Below are positions 45,800-55,714 of a stretch of 64,000 nt of DNA, in pieces; within the stretch, counting starts at the first letter, position 1; the number at the start of each line of letters is the position of its first letter. A model generated the notes under the pieces. It was not told where the DNA came from. It ran no database searches and worked only from the letters and a program-made list of their open reading frames with translations. The position numbers and the translations under genes are program-made. This DNA comes from a virus (taxonomy: Duplodnaviria > Caudoviricetes), in IMG/VR virus record IMGVR_UViG_3300028735_000004, positions 160,001 to 224,000 of that record. One strand, given 5' to 3'.

Positions 45800-47045
45800 T
45801 AATTGTTGAATTTTTTCTTATAAAATCAAATACATATTCATCTTTTACTCGTGAAAGTAAAATCATAAGTTGATTATTTTTATGCAATTGCTCTAAAATT
45901 TGATCTGGATTTTGATCTGGAACTTGTTTTTGAAAATTAGTTTTAGCTAAATTAATAGTTTCTTCATCAGTTAATTGTGCTTCTGGTTCATTTTCTCTTA
46001 TTTTAGATAAGATTAAAGAAATCTTAATATTATCAAGAATAGATTGGACTATTAAGTCTTTATTTTCTTGCTCCAAAGATTCTAAGTCTAAGTTATTTTG
46101 CTTTGCAAACATTTGTAATTGACTTGAAACTATCCAAGATGGCAATTCAAATGAATGATTCTCTAATAATTTAGAAGTAATTTGTTTTGTGTAGGCATCA
46201 AATTCATTTTTTTGATATCTATTTGATGCGTATGTAAATATTTGATTATGTAAATCCTGATATGTATCAAATCCAAATAATTTAGCAAAATCATCATCTA
46301 ATGCCGATAGAATTATTTTACTTCCATTGACAAATTTAACTTTAAATTCTAAAGTCTTACCGGCATATTTAAAATTATCATTTTCTTCGAAAGATAAAAC
46401 AAATTCTCTTTCTTCTCCTAATTTCATACCAAATAAATTAGAATCTAAACCTTTAATTTGAGATTTACCAACTGTAATCAAATCTCCTTGAACATTTAAA
46501 TCTTCAAGTAAAGATCCATCAAGATAAGCCTGATAATCAATTATTACTTGATCGCCTTCTTGAATAAAATCATTTTCATCAAATGCTTTTACATTTGCAT
46601 ATTTAATTCTCAGATCTTGAATTGATTTTTCAGTCATTTCCTCTGGAGTCTCTAAATATGGTTTAGATAAAGTTAAACCTTTATATTGATTTAACTCAAA
46701 ATCTGGCAAAGTAAATAAAGTAAATTTACAAGAAAAAGAAGTATCAGAAAAATTTACTTCCTTAACTAAAGGAGATCCAAAAGGTTTTATATTTTTTTCA
46801 GATATAACTATATTGTATGCTTCATTTAATAATGACTGTTCGACCTGTTTATTTACTTGTTTCTTAAAATAATTTAAATAAACTTCATCAGTTGCTTTAC
46901 CTTTTCTAAAACCAGGTATAGTAAAATTTCTTAAATTAGGTAAAATATCATTAATTATTTCTTGTTTTTTATTAAGAAAATCTTGATCTCCGATAAAAAA
47001 TACATCATATTTGCATTTTTCTAATTCATTTAATTCAATTTGCAT
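45792..47045 (-). CDS. tig: Trigger factor
   Basis: Ribosome-binding IPGFRKGK signature, FKBP-like middle domain (GDQVIIDY..LFGMKLGE) and a C-terminal chaperone domain. Confidence 0.9.
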   Translation of the reverse strand: MQIELNELEKCKYDVFFIGDQDFLNKKQEIINDILPNLRNFTIPGFRKGKATDEVYLNYFKKQVNKQVEQSLLNEAYNIVISEKNIKPFGSPLVKEVNFSDTSFSCKFTLFTLPDFELNQYKGLTLSKPYLETPEEMTEKSIQDLRIKYANVKAFDENDFIQEGDQVIIDYQAYLDGSLLEDLNVQGDLITVGKSQIKGLDSNLFGMKLGEEREFVLSFEENDNFKYAGKTLEFKVKFVNGSKIILSALDDDFAKLFGFDTYQDLHNQIFTYASNRYQKNEFDAYTKQITSKLLENHSFELPSWIVSSQLQMFAKQNNLDLESLEQENKDLIVQSILDNIKISLILSKIRENEPEAQLTDEETINLAKTNFQKQVPDQNPDQILEQLHKNNQLMILLSRVKDEYVFDFIRKNSTIID

Positions 47046-47048
47046 AAT

Positions 47049-47864
47049 TCACCACTCTATCTTTCCGTAAATCATATTTTTTTGATCTTGGTTTAAAAAC
47101 TTTTTCCCCGTCATACATACATCTAAAAAATCACAATATTTGCATAATATGGATGGATTAGGTCTCCATAACTCTTCTGTGTTTATATCAGAGGCGTATT
47201 TTATGTAAATATCACCTATATTAATAATATCTTTTCTTGTATATTCTTTAGTAAAATACTGAAAATTATGCCTCAATAAAATATAAGAGGTTCTAATATT
47301 TTGTATAGAAGGATCTTCCATCATCAAAACATAAGCGTATGTTTGTAATTGTAAAAAATCATCTTTTAGATATTTTTTATTTTTAATTGTCTTATAATCA
47401 CATACATGTACAACATTATCGTCATCTATCTGAACTTTGTCAATCATTCCGGTTAAAATAACATTATCAGCCAATTTTAATTCAAATTTTTTTTCTACTG
47501 AAATAACATTATCTACTTCTTTTCTATTTAAAGAAATTCTTTTCAAATAAGCACCGATTATATTTCGTGCTTCTTTTTTAGACTCTATGCTTAATTTATT
47601 TTTAAACTCTTGATATGCGGCTTTATAAACTTTAGCCATCGTTTTAGCAAACGGCTCTTGACTTTTATTTATATATTCCTGATGAAAATCCTCAAGTATT
47701 TTATGAACAAATTGGCCAAGTGCGTGATGTTCCCAATCTTTTTTAGGTAATTTCTCTATATAATTGTATCTATATTGAGCTTTACAGCCATCAAAAGTTT
47801 TAACTTTTGAGCAAGATAATTTTATTAATTGGTGATTATTAAATAAATTTAATTGATTGTTCAT
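47049..47864 (-). CDS. PD-(D/E)xK RecB/Cas4-like exonuclease
   Basis: LSCSK..C, GMIDKV, DYKT, QLQTY, CKYC...C (1+3 Cys iron-staple pattern). Confidence 0.85.
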   Translation of the reverse strand: MNNQLNLFNNHQLIKLSCSKVKTFDGCKAQYRYNYIEKLPKKDWEHHALGQFVHKILEDFHQEYINKSQEPFAKTMAKVYKAAYQEFKNKLSIESKKEARNIIGAYLKRISLNRKEVDNVISVEKKFELKLADNVILTGMIDKVQIDDDNVVHVCDYKTIKNKKYLKDDFLQLQTYAYVLMMEDPSIQNIRTSYILLRHNFQYFTKEYTRKDIINIGDIYIKYASDINTEELWRPNPSILCKYCDFLDVCMTGKKFLNQDQKNMIYGKIEW

Positions 47865-47909
47865 TTACTAATGAACTATAACTTCAGTTGCACTTATTTA
47901 ATTTCTTAA

Positions 47910-48905
47910 TTAAGTTAATACTCTTCGCATAAATGGTATCCAAGGAAAAACTTTACCCTGCGATCCTTGTTGTCTTGGAAAAACCATATTGTATAATGGA
48001 CCAGGTTCTTTTCCGTTTGGTTCATATGTAGCTTTTGATATAATCCATCTACAATTTGTATTATCGTAATAATAATAAGTAATTTGATTTGTTCTGGGAT
48101 CATAGTGTTGCCTTAATAAAGAACCACCTCCGGCTCCCATTTCATCTGCTGTCGTATAATTAAATACACCATCTCTTATTAATTCTTTATTTTCTAAAGT
48201 AAAATTTTGTCTATTAATAATTGGTGGATTAGTTTTATCCTCTAAAGATGCATCTTGATAAATAACAAGGGCTTTAGGATCAAATAATTTATCAGATGTA
48301 TCAGAACTTTCTGTTCTATATTCTTCTGGATATCTGGAACCAGTTATATCTGCTTTAAAAGGTATATTTCCTATTTCTGGCTCACCTAAATTATTAGTTT
48401 GACTTGGTATTATATCGTAATTTTCTAAAGATATTGGTTTATTGGTAAATATTGCTTGATTGCCATCTGCATCAAATCCATTTGGTTCAGATGGTAAATT
48501 AGGATCTAATACCGTAATTCCTGCTTTTGAAGGATTTAGATATATTCCTTGGGGTTGAGGCGCATTTGTTCCAAATGGAAAAAGACTTATATTATTATTT
48601 ATATTAACTGGAGAAACTGGAGAGCCGGGTAATCTCGTATTATCTATAATATTTGTTTTATATTCATTAGTTATAACCGCAGAGTTGTCCGTGCCATTTG
48701 TTGCAAAAATCTTTAAAATTACTTCCAAAGGTCCTACTGGCAAATAAATTGGACCTGTATATACATCGGACATAGTTGTTGGAATACTGCCGTCTAATGT
48801 ATAGAAAATAGTTGCTGGAACATTAGCCTCAATAGAAATTGTTCTCGGTATTCCGGATATAATTTGTTCTTCAGATTCACTTATTGTTAAGCTTATTGCT
48901 GCCAT
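47910..48905 (-). CDS. Fn3-associated/chitobiase-C-like domain protein, probably virion-associated
   Basis: ATIFYTLDGSIPT...YTGPI..LKIFA; Pro/Asn-rich remainder. Confidence 0.6.
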   Translation of the reverse strand: MAAISLTISESEEQIISGIPRTISIEANVPATIFYTLDGSIPTTMSDVYTGPIYLPVGPLEVILKIFATNGTDNSAVITNEYKTNIIDNTRLPGSPVSPVNINNNISLFPFGTNAPQPQGIYLNPSKAGITVLDPNLPSEPNGFDADGNQAIFTNKPISLENYDIIPSQTNNLGEPEIGNIPFKADITGSRYPEEYRTESSDTSDKLFDPKALVIYQDASLEDKTNPPIINRQNFTLENKELIRDGVFNYTTADEMGAGGGSLLRQHYDPRTNQITYYYYDNTNCRWIISKATYEPNGKEPGPLYNMVFPRQQGSQGKVFPWIPFMRRVLT

Positions 48906-49206
48906 TTTCCACCAAATTTAAGAATTTAGTGCTCTTATCAATTAAGTCGCTTTTAAACATTAATCTATGAACTTTATGAGCCGCTCTTCTAAATTCTTTA
49001 GCTAAATCTAAATAAACGCTATCGCCTTCTCTTCTGTATAATTTTAGAAAATTATCATAGTATTCCATTAGATCTAAATCAGGTCTATACTTGTTATTTT
49101 CGACAATTTTTTCAAGAGAATGACTTATTAAAAATCTATAAAATTTATCCTTACCCATAGATGAGTATTTAGATATAAATATATTTTTAACATTATCAGG
49201 TATCAT
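48877..49206 (-). CDS. Hypothetical protein
   Basis: 109-aa ORF. Confidence 0.6.
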   Translation of the reverse strand: MIPDNVKNIFISKYSSMGKDKFYRFLISHSLEKIVENNKYRPDLDLMEYYDNFLKLYRREGDSVYLDLAKEFRRAAHKVHRLMFKSDLIDKSTKFLNLVENGSNKLNNK

Positions 49207-49237
49207 TTATTATAATTAGATGCCTTAATATGGATAA

Positions 49238-49852
49238 TTAAGTCGGTTCTATCTTAGCAACAATATTTTTAACTTTTAACCTCAATGAATCTAAATCAGA
49301 ATCATTATTAATAATAAAATCAAAAAAATCATCTTTTATAATATCTTGTGCAGTTTCGGTAGCATCATTAATTTCTATATTATCTTTCCTTTTAATTCTT
49401 ATTAAATAAAAATAATTATTCTTCAACCACTCAGCCTCATTTTCAAATCTGCAATCAGTAATTATATATGCCGATTTTTTGTGGTAATTAGATTGTCCAA
49501 GAGTTTTTATCATTTTTTGAGTTTCTGATAATACTTTTTCTTCAATTTTATTAATCCATATATTTTTATTATATGATCTTCCAAGAGTTCCAAGATCTAT
49601 TAAAAGTTGTCTATAAGTCAAAGGTTTGCCATTTTTATCAAACAAATCATTATTTACCACCTTAGATCTTAATTGGCTTGATCCATATAAGCAATTTTTA
49701 TCTACATTAGGTATCATTTGTTCTATCATTGATTTAATAGGATTTGCAAATGCATCTATGTAATAACATAACGGATCAAGCTCCTCAATTAATAAATGAG
49801 CTAAAGTATTTTTTCCAGAATTCGCTTTACCTGATATTGCTATTTTAAACAT
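49238..49852 (-). CDS. Deoxynucleoside monophosphate kinase
   Basis: IAISGKANSGKNT, FANPIK, RQLLIDLGT, IITDCRFENE. Confidence 0.85.
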   Translation of the reverse strand: MFKIAISGKANSGKNTLAHLLIEELDPLCYYIDAFANPIKSMIEQMIPNVDKNCLYGSSQLRSKVVNNDLFDKNGKPLTYRQLLIDLGTLGRSYNKNIWINKIEEKVLSETQKMIKTLGQSNYHKKSAYIITDCRFENEAEWLKNNYFYLIRIKRKDNIEINDATETAQDIIKDDFFDFIINNDSDLDSLRLKVKNIVAKIEPT

Positions 49853-49855
49853 AAA

Positions 49856-52039
49856 TCACCAATTATTAACCAATTTAGCAGTGGAAGTTAAATCATCATC
49901 TTGTTCAACAAGTATAGCGTGAGTAAATCTATCTTTTAGTTTGTTATTATGTGTAATAACTAATATCTTAAAATCTTTTTGAAGTTCTTTTATGATATCA
50001 GAAAAGATATTAACTCCATTTTCATCTAAAGCCTGATCTACCTCATCTAATAATAATATTTTTAAATCTACACCTAATCTTTTCTTTATTAAAGATGATA
50101 ATGCTAATTTAAGTGATAATGAAGCTATTAACTTTTGAGCTCCAGATAGTTGTTTATATTCTCTTGTATTTCCGTCTATAATATAATTAATATCTAAAGT
50201 ATCTTCTTGATCTGTATTAGATTTCGCTTTGATTACTGAAAATTGAAGCTGTAATCCTGGTCTAAATTTAAATAACCATTCATTTGCTTCAGTTTGATAA
50301 TCATCTAAAATATTATTAATAATTAAAGATGGAATACCTTTAGTCGAGAAAGCTTGACAGACTTGTTGAATAATTAAATAATCATTTTCTAATTTTTTAA
50401 TAGATGCTTTAATTTCTTTTATTTTTTCTATTTTATCTAAATTTTCTTCAATTTTATGCTCAATTATATTTTTTGATTTTAGCAAATCTTCATAATCTTT
50501 TTTATAAAGAGAAATTTTATTTAAATTAATTTCTTTATTTTTAATTAAAGATAATAAATCTTTTTTAAAATTCTCTACATTAGAGGTATCCATTTGTGAT
50601 AGTTTCTCTTCGACTTTACTTAATTCTATTTTTAATAATTCTAATTTTTCTTTATTTTTTTGATAAATATTGTTTAATTCAGAAAATAACTGTCTCATAT
50701 GCTCTAATTCTTTATTTTTTAGAGCTAAATTATTTTTTAAATCAATAAAAATAATGCTGTCTTTTTTTAGATTTTTTAAATTATTTTGAAGCAAATCTTT
50801 TTCTTTATTTAAAATAAGATTTTCGTTTTGAAAGAATACTATTTTTTCTTGTATATCAGATAAATCTTTTGTTATTTTTTCTTTACAAGATTGAATATGT
50901 TCTTCAGTTAATGATTGGCGACAATGATTACATACCGGACCGCTAGGTAAGGGAATTAATAATTCTTCTTTTTTATTTTTCAAAGTATTGATATTTATTT
51001 GATTATCGGAAATCTTGGATGAAATTTTATCGATATTTGATGATATGGTATTAATTTCTTCATCAAAATTTATATTATCATATTTAGATAAATTATTTTT
51101 TAACTCATCAACCAACAAAGATATTTTTTTACCATCATTTTTAATAGATTTAATTTTTAGTATATTTGAATCAACTTCTTTATTTAAAGAAAATAACTCA
51201 TTTTCTATTTTTATTTTTTCTGATAAAATAGATGACTGATTATTTTCGATTAATTTAATATTATTATTAATATCGTTAATTTGTTGATCTATAGATGAAT
51301 TATTGTTTAATAGATTATTTAAATAATCGTTATTTTTTTCTATTTTTAATTCTGTAGCAATAAGATCATCTTTATATTTTTTTATATTAACTTCAGGATC
51401 TTCAAAAGTTGATAATATTGCTTTTTGTCTATCTATTTCTTTAGAAATAATTTGTAATTTATTTTTGGCTATTTTTTCATAATTTGCATAATTACTTAAA
51501 TTAAGAACTTCTTTTAAAATTAATTTTCTTTTATCAGGAGTAGCTTGAGCAATATTATAAAATTCTCTTTGAGATGGATTTTCTGAACCAATTTGAGAAA
51601 ATAAAACAGAAGCACAAAATGTTTTATAATTTATTTTGAGTAGTTTATTAATTTCTTTTTCATTATCATTAATTCGTCTCTGAGTAATATCATCCCATTC
51701 TTCATTTATTTTTTTATAAAGTCTTAAATCTGACCCTGATTTTTTACTTATAGATCTTACAATTTTATACACCTCATTATCGTGAGGTGAAACAAATTCA
51801 AAACTAACTCTCGCTATATCTTTACCATCTTTAATAATTCTATCTAATGTTGAAAACTTAATTTCATTAAATAATACATATTCTATCGCATTAAAAATAG
51901 TGCTTTTACCAGCGCCGTTAGATATATGATCATTTCCTTTAACTTTACCAACTACTAAGGCGCTGGAAAAATTATTAAAATCTATTTCTGTATAAGAATG
52001 GCTTGCAAAATCATTTAATGTTAATTTAATAGGTATCAT
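49856..52039 (-). CDS. SbcC/Rad50/gp46-like SMC ATPase
   Basis: NGAGKS, coiled coils with CNHC Zn hook, LSGAQ signature, LLDE. Confidence 0.92.
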   Translation of the reverse strand: MIPIKLTLNDFASHSYTEIDFNNFSSALVVGKVKGNDHISNGAGKSTIFNAIEYVLFNEIKFSTLDRIIKDGKDIARVSFEFVSPHDNEVYKIVRSISKKSGSDLRLYKKINEEWDDITQRRINDNEKEINKLLKINYKTFCASVLFSQIGSENPSQREFYNIAQATPDKRKLILKEVLNLSNYANYEKIAKNKLQIISKEIDRQKAILSTFEDPEVNIKKYKDDLIATELKIEKNNDYLNNLLNNNSSIDQQINDINNNIKLIENNQSSILSEKIKIENELFSLNKEVDSNILKIKSIKNDGKKISLLVDELKNNLSKYDNINFDEEINTISSNIDKISSKISDNQININTLKNKKEELLIPLPSGPVCNHCRQSLTEEHIQSCKEKITKDLSDIQEKIVFFQNENLILNKEKDLLQNNLKNLKKDSIIFIDLKNNLALKNKELEHMRQLFSELNNIYQKNKEKLELLKIELSKVEEKLSQMDTSNVENFKKDLLSLIKNKEINLNKISLYKKDYEDLLKSKNIIEHKIEENLDKIEKIKEIKASIKKLENDYLIIQQVCQAFSTKGIPSLIINNILDDYQTEANEWLFKFRPGLQLQFSVIKAKSNTDQEDTLDINYIIDGNTREYKQLSGAQKLIASLSLKLALSSLIKKRLGVDLKILLLDEVDQALDENGVNIFSDIIKELQKDFKILVITHNNKLKDRFTHAILVEQDDDLTSTAKLVNNW

Positions 52040-53232
52040 TAATTATCCTTCGAATTATTAAATTCTTCAATTATTTCTAAAGAATATTTAATAAAATCAT
52101 TTTTAATAGAATTATCTACATTGAGATCTGCATACATTTTTAATGCAGTTAATGGATTAATTGTGTTATCTATATCTACATTTTGTTTTTTCTTTATGGG
52201 AGATATTTTTCTTTCTTCGGAAATTCTGTTTACATAAAAAACTCCGCTATCAGTCAAAAATTTTTCTATTAAATGTCTATCTATAGATTTTATTTCTGGA
52301 TTTTCTAAAATAATATTTAATCTAACTATAGATTTTTTAAGATTTTTATTTTTACTTAATTCTGATAAAATAAATTCATTTACATCCTCAACATCCTGAG
52401 GTATATTTATATTAATATGATATAAAGGTCTATTAGGAACATCAATATATTCAAAATGATGCTGTGTTTTTGGATTAATCAAAACTATTTTTTTAGTATG
52501 ACTTGCTTCATAAAAAGTAGCGAAATCCATACTGCCTATATGAGATATGTATGGTTTTTCAGATAATACTTGTGGCTTATGGACATGTCCCATCCAAACA
52601 TAATCGTATTTGCTAAACATACTTAATGGACAAAATAACTCATTAGACATGTCATCGAATTCATCGCCTATGGGTATAGATTTTTCTATCGCCAGATGCC
52701 CTACAATAATTTTTAAATTTTCTAAAGGTATTTCTGGTACCTGGAAATCTAATTTATCTGACAATTTTTGAATTGCTTCTAAGTTTGAATCAGTATTAAA
52801 AGATCTTCGATCTCTAAAAGGCATTAAAGTAAAAGAAGCACCATCGGTATGAACCGTTGATATGTTTTTATAAACATAAATATTGGGTATTTCGGCAGAA
52901 ACTATTACATCTAATGCTGAAATATAATATTGACCACTTCTTAAAACATCGTGATTACCAGAAATTATATGTACATTTATGTCGTGAATTGAACATTTTT
53001 TAAGCCAATCCAAAAATAACGATATTAACGCTGGATGAGGCTTTGGATCTTCAAAAATATCTCCAGTTAAAAATATATTATCAATATATTTATTTACTGA
53101 AGTATCTAATATCCAATCTAAAGTCTGTAATTGATCTATAATTCTACTGTTTAAATTAGATCCTATTCCAGGTTTTCCAATATTTAACCCACCGCCTAAA
53201 TGAACATCACCCACTATTAAACTTGCTGACAT
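52039..53232 (-). CDS. SbcD/Mre11/gp47-like nuclease
   Basis: GDVHLG, GDIFE, GNHD, GHL, GHVH. Confidence 0.9.
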   Translation of the reverse strand: MSASLIVGDVHLGGGLNIGKPGIGSNLNSRIIDQLQTLDWILDTSVNKYIDNIFLTGDIFEDPKPHPALISLFLDWLKKCSIHDINVHIISGNHDVLRSGQYYISALDVIVSAEIPNIYVYKNISTVHTDGASFTLMPFRDRRSFNTDSNLEAIQKLSDKLDFQVPEIPLENLKIIVGHLAIEKSIPIGDEFDDMSNELFCPLSMFSKYDYVWMGHVHKPQVLSEKPYISHIGSMDFATFYEASHTKKIVLINPKTQHHFEYIDVPNRPLYHININIPQDVEDVNEFILSELSKNKNLKKSIVRLNIILENPEIKSIDRHLIEKFLTDSGVFYVNRISEERKISPIKKKQNVDIDNTINPLTALKMYADLNVDNSIKNDFIKYSLEIIEEFNNSKDN

Positions 53233-53818
53233 AATATTGTTCCAATTTGGATTTTAAATTTGAATGTAGAACCTCTAAGCCTTCTGGTTTAACTGAATGT
53301 TTTTTTAGAATTAAATCATAGGCTCTACATAAGTTTTCAGCATATAATATAGCATCTGTTTCATAGTTATTTTTAATAAGAAAATTTCTAATCATATTGG
53401 AAAATTTTATAGAATGATCAAAGACATTATGATTTTCTGGTATTTCTATTTCAGAAGAGTATTCATCAAATATATTTAATATATGAATGGCGGCATCATT
53501 TTTAGATATATTTAAAAAACTTGAAATAAAATCTACCGATGATCCTCCAGTTTGACAACCGAAACAATAAAAACTATTTGTGTCCGGATAGTAATATAAT
53601 GACGGAGTTCTTTCCTGTCCATTCTTATGACTTAGGAATGGACATTTTGTTTTATTAGTGTAATGATCTATATTTATATTATAGTGTTTAAATATCTCAT
53701 ATAAATCTATTTTATTTGCTTTTAAGATAAATGTTTTATTACTTGCTCTAGAACTTCTATCCTCGAAGTGTGTTTCGCCACAATGATAGGATCCGTTTGA
53801 GTTTGATAATAACCGCAT
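53207..53818 (-). CDS. CHC2 zinc-finger protein (DnaG Zn-binding domain as a separate gene)
   Basis: CPFLSH...ERTPSL...FYCFGCQTGGSSVDF. Confidence 0.8.
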   Translation of the reverse strand: MRLLSNSNGSYHCGETHFEDRSSRASNKTFILKANKIDLYEIFKHYNINIDHYTNKTKCPFLSHKNGQERTPSLYYYPDTNSFYCFGCQTGGSSVDFISSFLNISKNDAAIHILNIFDEYSSEIEIPENHNVFDHSIKFSNMIRNFLIKNNYETDAILYAENLCRAYDLILKKHSVKPEGLEVLHSNLKSKLEQYYVSKFNSG

Positions 53819-53919
53819 AATTGTATATATAAAGTATATTTTTCTTTCTCTTCAGAAATCATTTGTAATAGATATTCTTTTATCGAATTATCATTTTGAA
53901 TTATTTTTTTGAAAATCAT
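53722..53919 (-). CDS. Possible small overlapping protein
   Basis: 65-aa ORF with natural-looking composition that covers the 53819-53890 gap and overlaps both neighbours. Confidence 0.35.
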   Translation of the reverse strand: MIFKKIIQNDNSIKEYLLQMISEEKEKYTLYIQLCGYYQTQTDPIIVAKHTSRIEVLEQVIKHLS

Positions 53920-54337
53920 CTAATTGTTTTTTTAATGTTAGTAAATCAAAAGATAATTTATTTATCTTATCTCTTTGAAGTAAAACAGTTTTTAAAAGCA
54001 AAGTAGATAATACTATTGAACCAGCTCCTTCCGGCTGATTTTCATCTGCATTAATTTTATAGGATAAATCAATTAATTTATTAATTAAATCAGTTTCAAC
54101 ATTTTTAACTAATGGTGTTTTATTAATATCTAATGTTTGATCATTTATGATTTTAACAAACTGTGAAGAAAATTCCCATACACTATGCTTATAGTCTTGA
54201 TCTTTTTCAAAAGCTTCATCGGCTTTTTTATCAAAAGATTGTTTTTCTACCACTTTAGAATGAACCGAAGAATTAGTATTACTTACCTTTAAACCTTTAG
54301 TTTTTACATTAACTTCATCTTCTTCATCAAATGGCAT
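53891..54337 (-). CDS. Hypothetical protein
   Basis: 148-aa ORF; TAATG coupling with the upstream gene. Confidence 0.65.
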   Translation of the reverse strand: MPFDEEDEVNVKTKGLKVSNTNSSVHSKVVEKQSFDKKADEAFEKDQDYKHSVWEFSSQFVKIINDQTLDINKTPLVKNVETDLINKLIDLSYKINADENQPEGAGSIVLSTLLLKTVLLQRDKINKLSFDLLTLKKQLDDFQKNNSK

Positions 54338-54591
54338 TAAACTAATCCTTTATCTTTTACAACTATAAATCTTCCTGACATTTCACATTCATATTTATCT
54401 TCGGCTTTTAAAGCTTCCTCTAAAGCTGGAAGTAATGCAGATATACTGTAAGATAAATAACATTCTTTATCACTTATTGGCATTGGTTCACATAATTCAC
54501 TTAATTTTTTAGGTGGCAAAGCAAATAATGATACTTCTAATCCAGATACATCTTTCCATATTTTTTCAGCTTTTCCAATTAATTTACTCAT
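54337..54591 (-). CDS. Hypothetical protein
   Basis: 84-aa ORF with GGAG SD. Confidence 0.65.
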   Translation of the reverse strand: MSKLIGKAEKIWKDVSGLEVSLFALPPKKLSELCEPMPISDKECYLSYSISALLPALEEALKAEDKYECEMSGRFIVVKDKGLV

Positions 54592-54619
54592 TTTTTACTC
54601 CTTCAATAGGATATAACAT

Positions 54620-54796
54620 TTAATTATTTTCTGTATTCATAGAAACTATATTTTTTTTAATTTCTTCTGATATAATTTGAACTTCATTATTAATTTCTTC
54701 AAGATTTAAAATACCTTTATTTATAAGTAATTTTTGAATCGCAAGATATTTCAAAAACATTTCAAAAAATAATATATCTTTATTTGTAAAATCCAT
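54620..54796 (-). CDS. Unannotated 58-aa hypothetical protein (MDFTNKDILFFEMFLKYLAIQKLLINKG...)
   Basis: ATG 54796 with GAGG SD, TAA at 54620; fills the intergenic gap. Confidence 0.6.
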   Translation of the reverse strand: MDFTNKDILFFEMFLKYLAIQKLLINKGILNLEEINNEVQIISEEIKKNIVSMNTENN

Positions 54797-54803
54797 TTAT
54801 TCC

Positions 54804-55016
54804 TCATTTCTTACCACAAGAATTACATCCATTAAATTTAAAATTTTTTGTTATATTAGTATTAATAATTTTTTTCAAACAAATAGCGCATATTTTTTCG
54901 GTATCAGAACAATTATTACATATATGAGATAATTGATTGTTTATTACATTATTGCATCTAACACATTTTTTATTTGATAGAACTAAATTTAATTTTTGAC
55001 AATTTAAACAAAGCAT
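54804..55016 (-). CDS. Small Cys-rich Zn-binding protein
   Basis: Five CxxC pairs in 70 aa. Confidence 0.65.
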   Translation of the reverse strand: MLCLNCQKLNLVLSNKKCVRCNNVINNQLSHICNNCSDTEKICAICLKKIINTNITKNFKFNGCNSCGKK

Positions 55017-55068
55017 CTTATACTATATATCAGTATTATTGTATAATAATATAATTATTGAGGTAGTA

Positions 55069-55215
55069 ATGTTTTATCCATTTATTTACAAAAAACAAGA
55101 AAAAAAACAAAAAATATTACCTTTGTATATAAATATAGAAAAACCTTTAAAAATTAAAAAAGAAGAGGAAATTAAGAAGCAAGATAAAGAGCCTATTATT
55201 ATTCAACTTATTTAA
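55069..55215 (+). CDS. Unannotated 48-aa Lys-rich protein (MFYPFIYKKQEKKQKILPLYINIEKP...)
   Basis: GAGG SD; upstream ATCAGTA-N5-GTATAAT (55029..55047); converges on the HNH gene. Confidence 0.5.
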   Translation: MFYPFIYKKQEKKQKILPLYINIEKPLKIKKEEEIKKQDKEPIIIQLI

Positions 55216-55714
55216 AAAATATCTCCCAATCTTCGTGCCAAACTTCTTTGTCTGGATAAATATATAATTGTGGTTTAGGCTCGTATGGTTGATATAAAAG
55301 TTTCATTGAAGCTTGTTCTGGAGTTTTATTTCCTTTTCTGGAATTACAAGGAAAACAAGCTGTAATACAATTTAAAAATGAATTTTTACCACCAAAACTT
55401 TTTGGAACAATATGATCTAAAGTAATTTGATTTGGTTTAAATTTAATACCGCAATAACAACAAGTATAATTGTCTCTTCTGAAAACAACACTTCTTGAGA
55501 AGTTTAATTTATTATTAAAATTTCTTGAAACATAATATCTCATTCTTACTATTGATGGGACATATATTTCTTTGTCGATAAATTTAACTTTATCTTTCCA
55601 ATGAGAAATTATATCAACTTTACCAGCAAAAAGCATTTTGAATAATCTTTTTTCTGAGATAAAATTTAATATTTCGTATGTAGAATTTAATAATAAAACT
55701 CTTCTTTTTGACAT
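55208..55714 (-). CDS. HNH endonuclease
   Basis: RDNYTCCYCG, TLDHIVPKSFGG, NCITACFPCNSRKG. Confidence 0.9.
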   Translation of the reverse strand: MSKRRVLLLNSTYEILNFISEKRLFKMLFAGKVDIISHWKDKVKFIDKEIYVPSIVRMRYYVSRNFNNKLNFSRSVVFRRDNYTCCYCGIKFKPNQITLDHIVPKSFGGKNSFLNCITACFPCNSRKGNKTPEQASMKLLYQPYEPKPQLYIYPDKEVWHEDWEIFFK

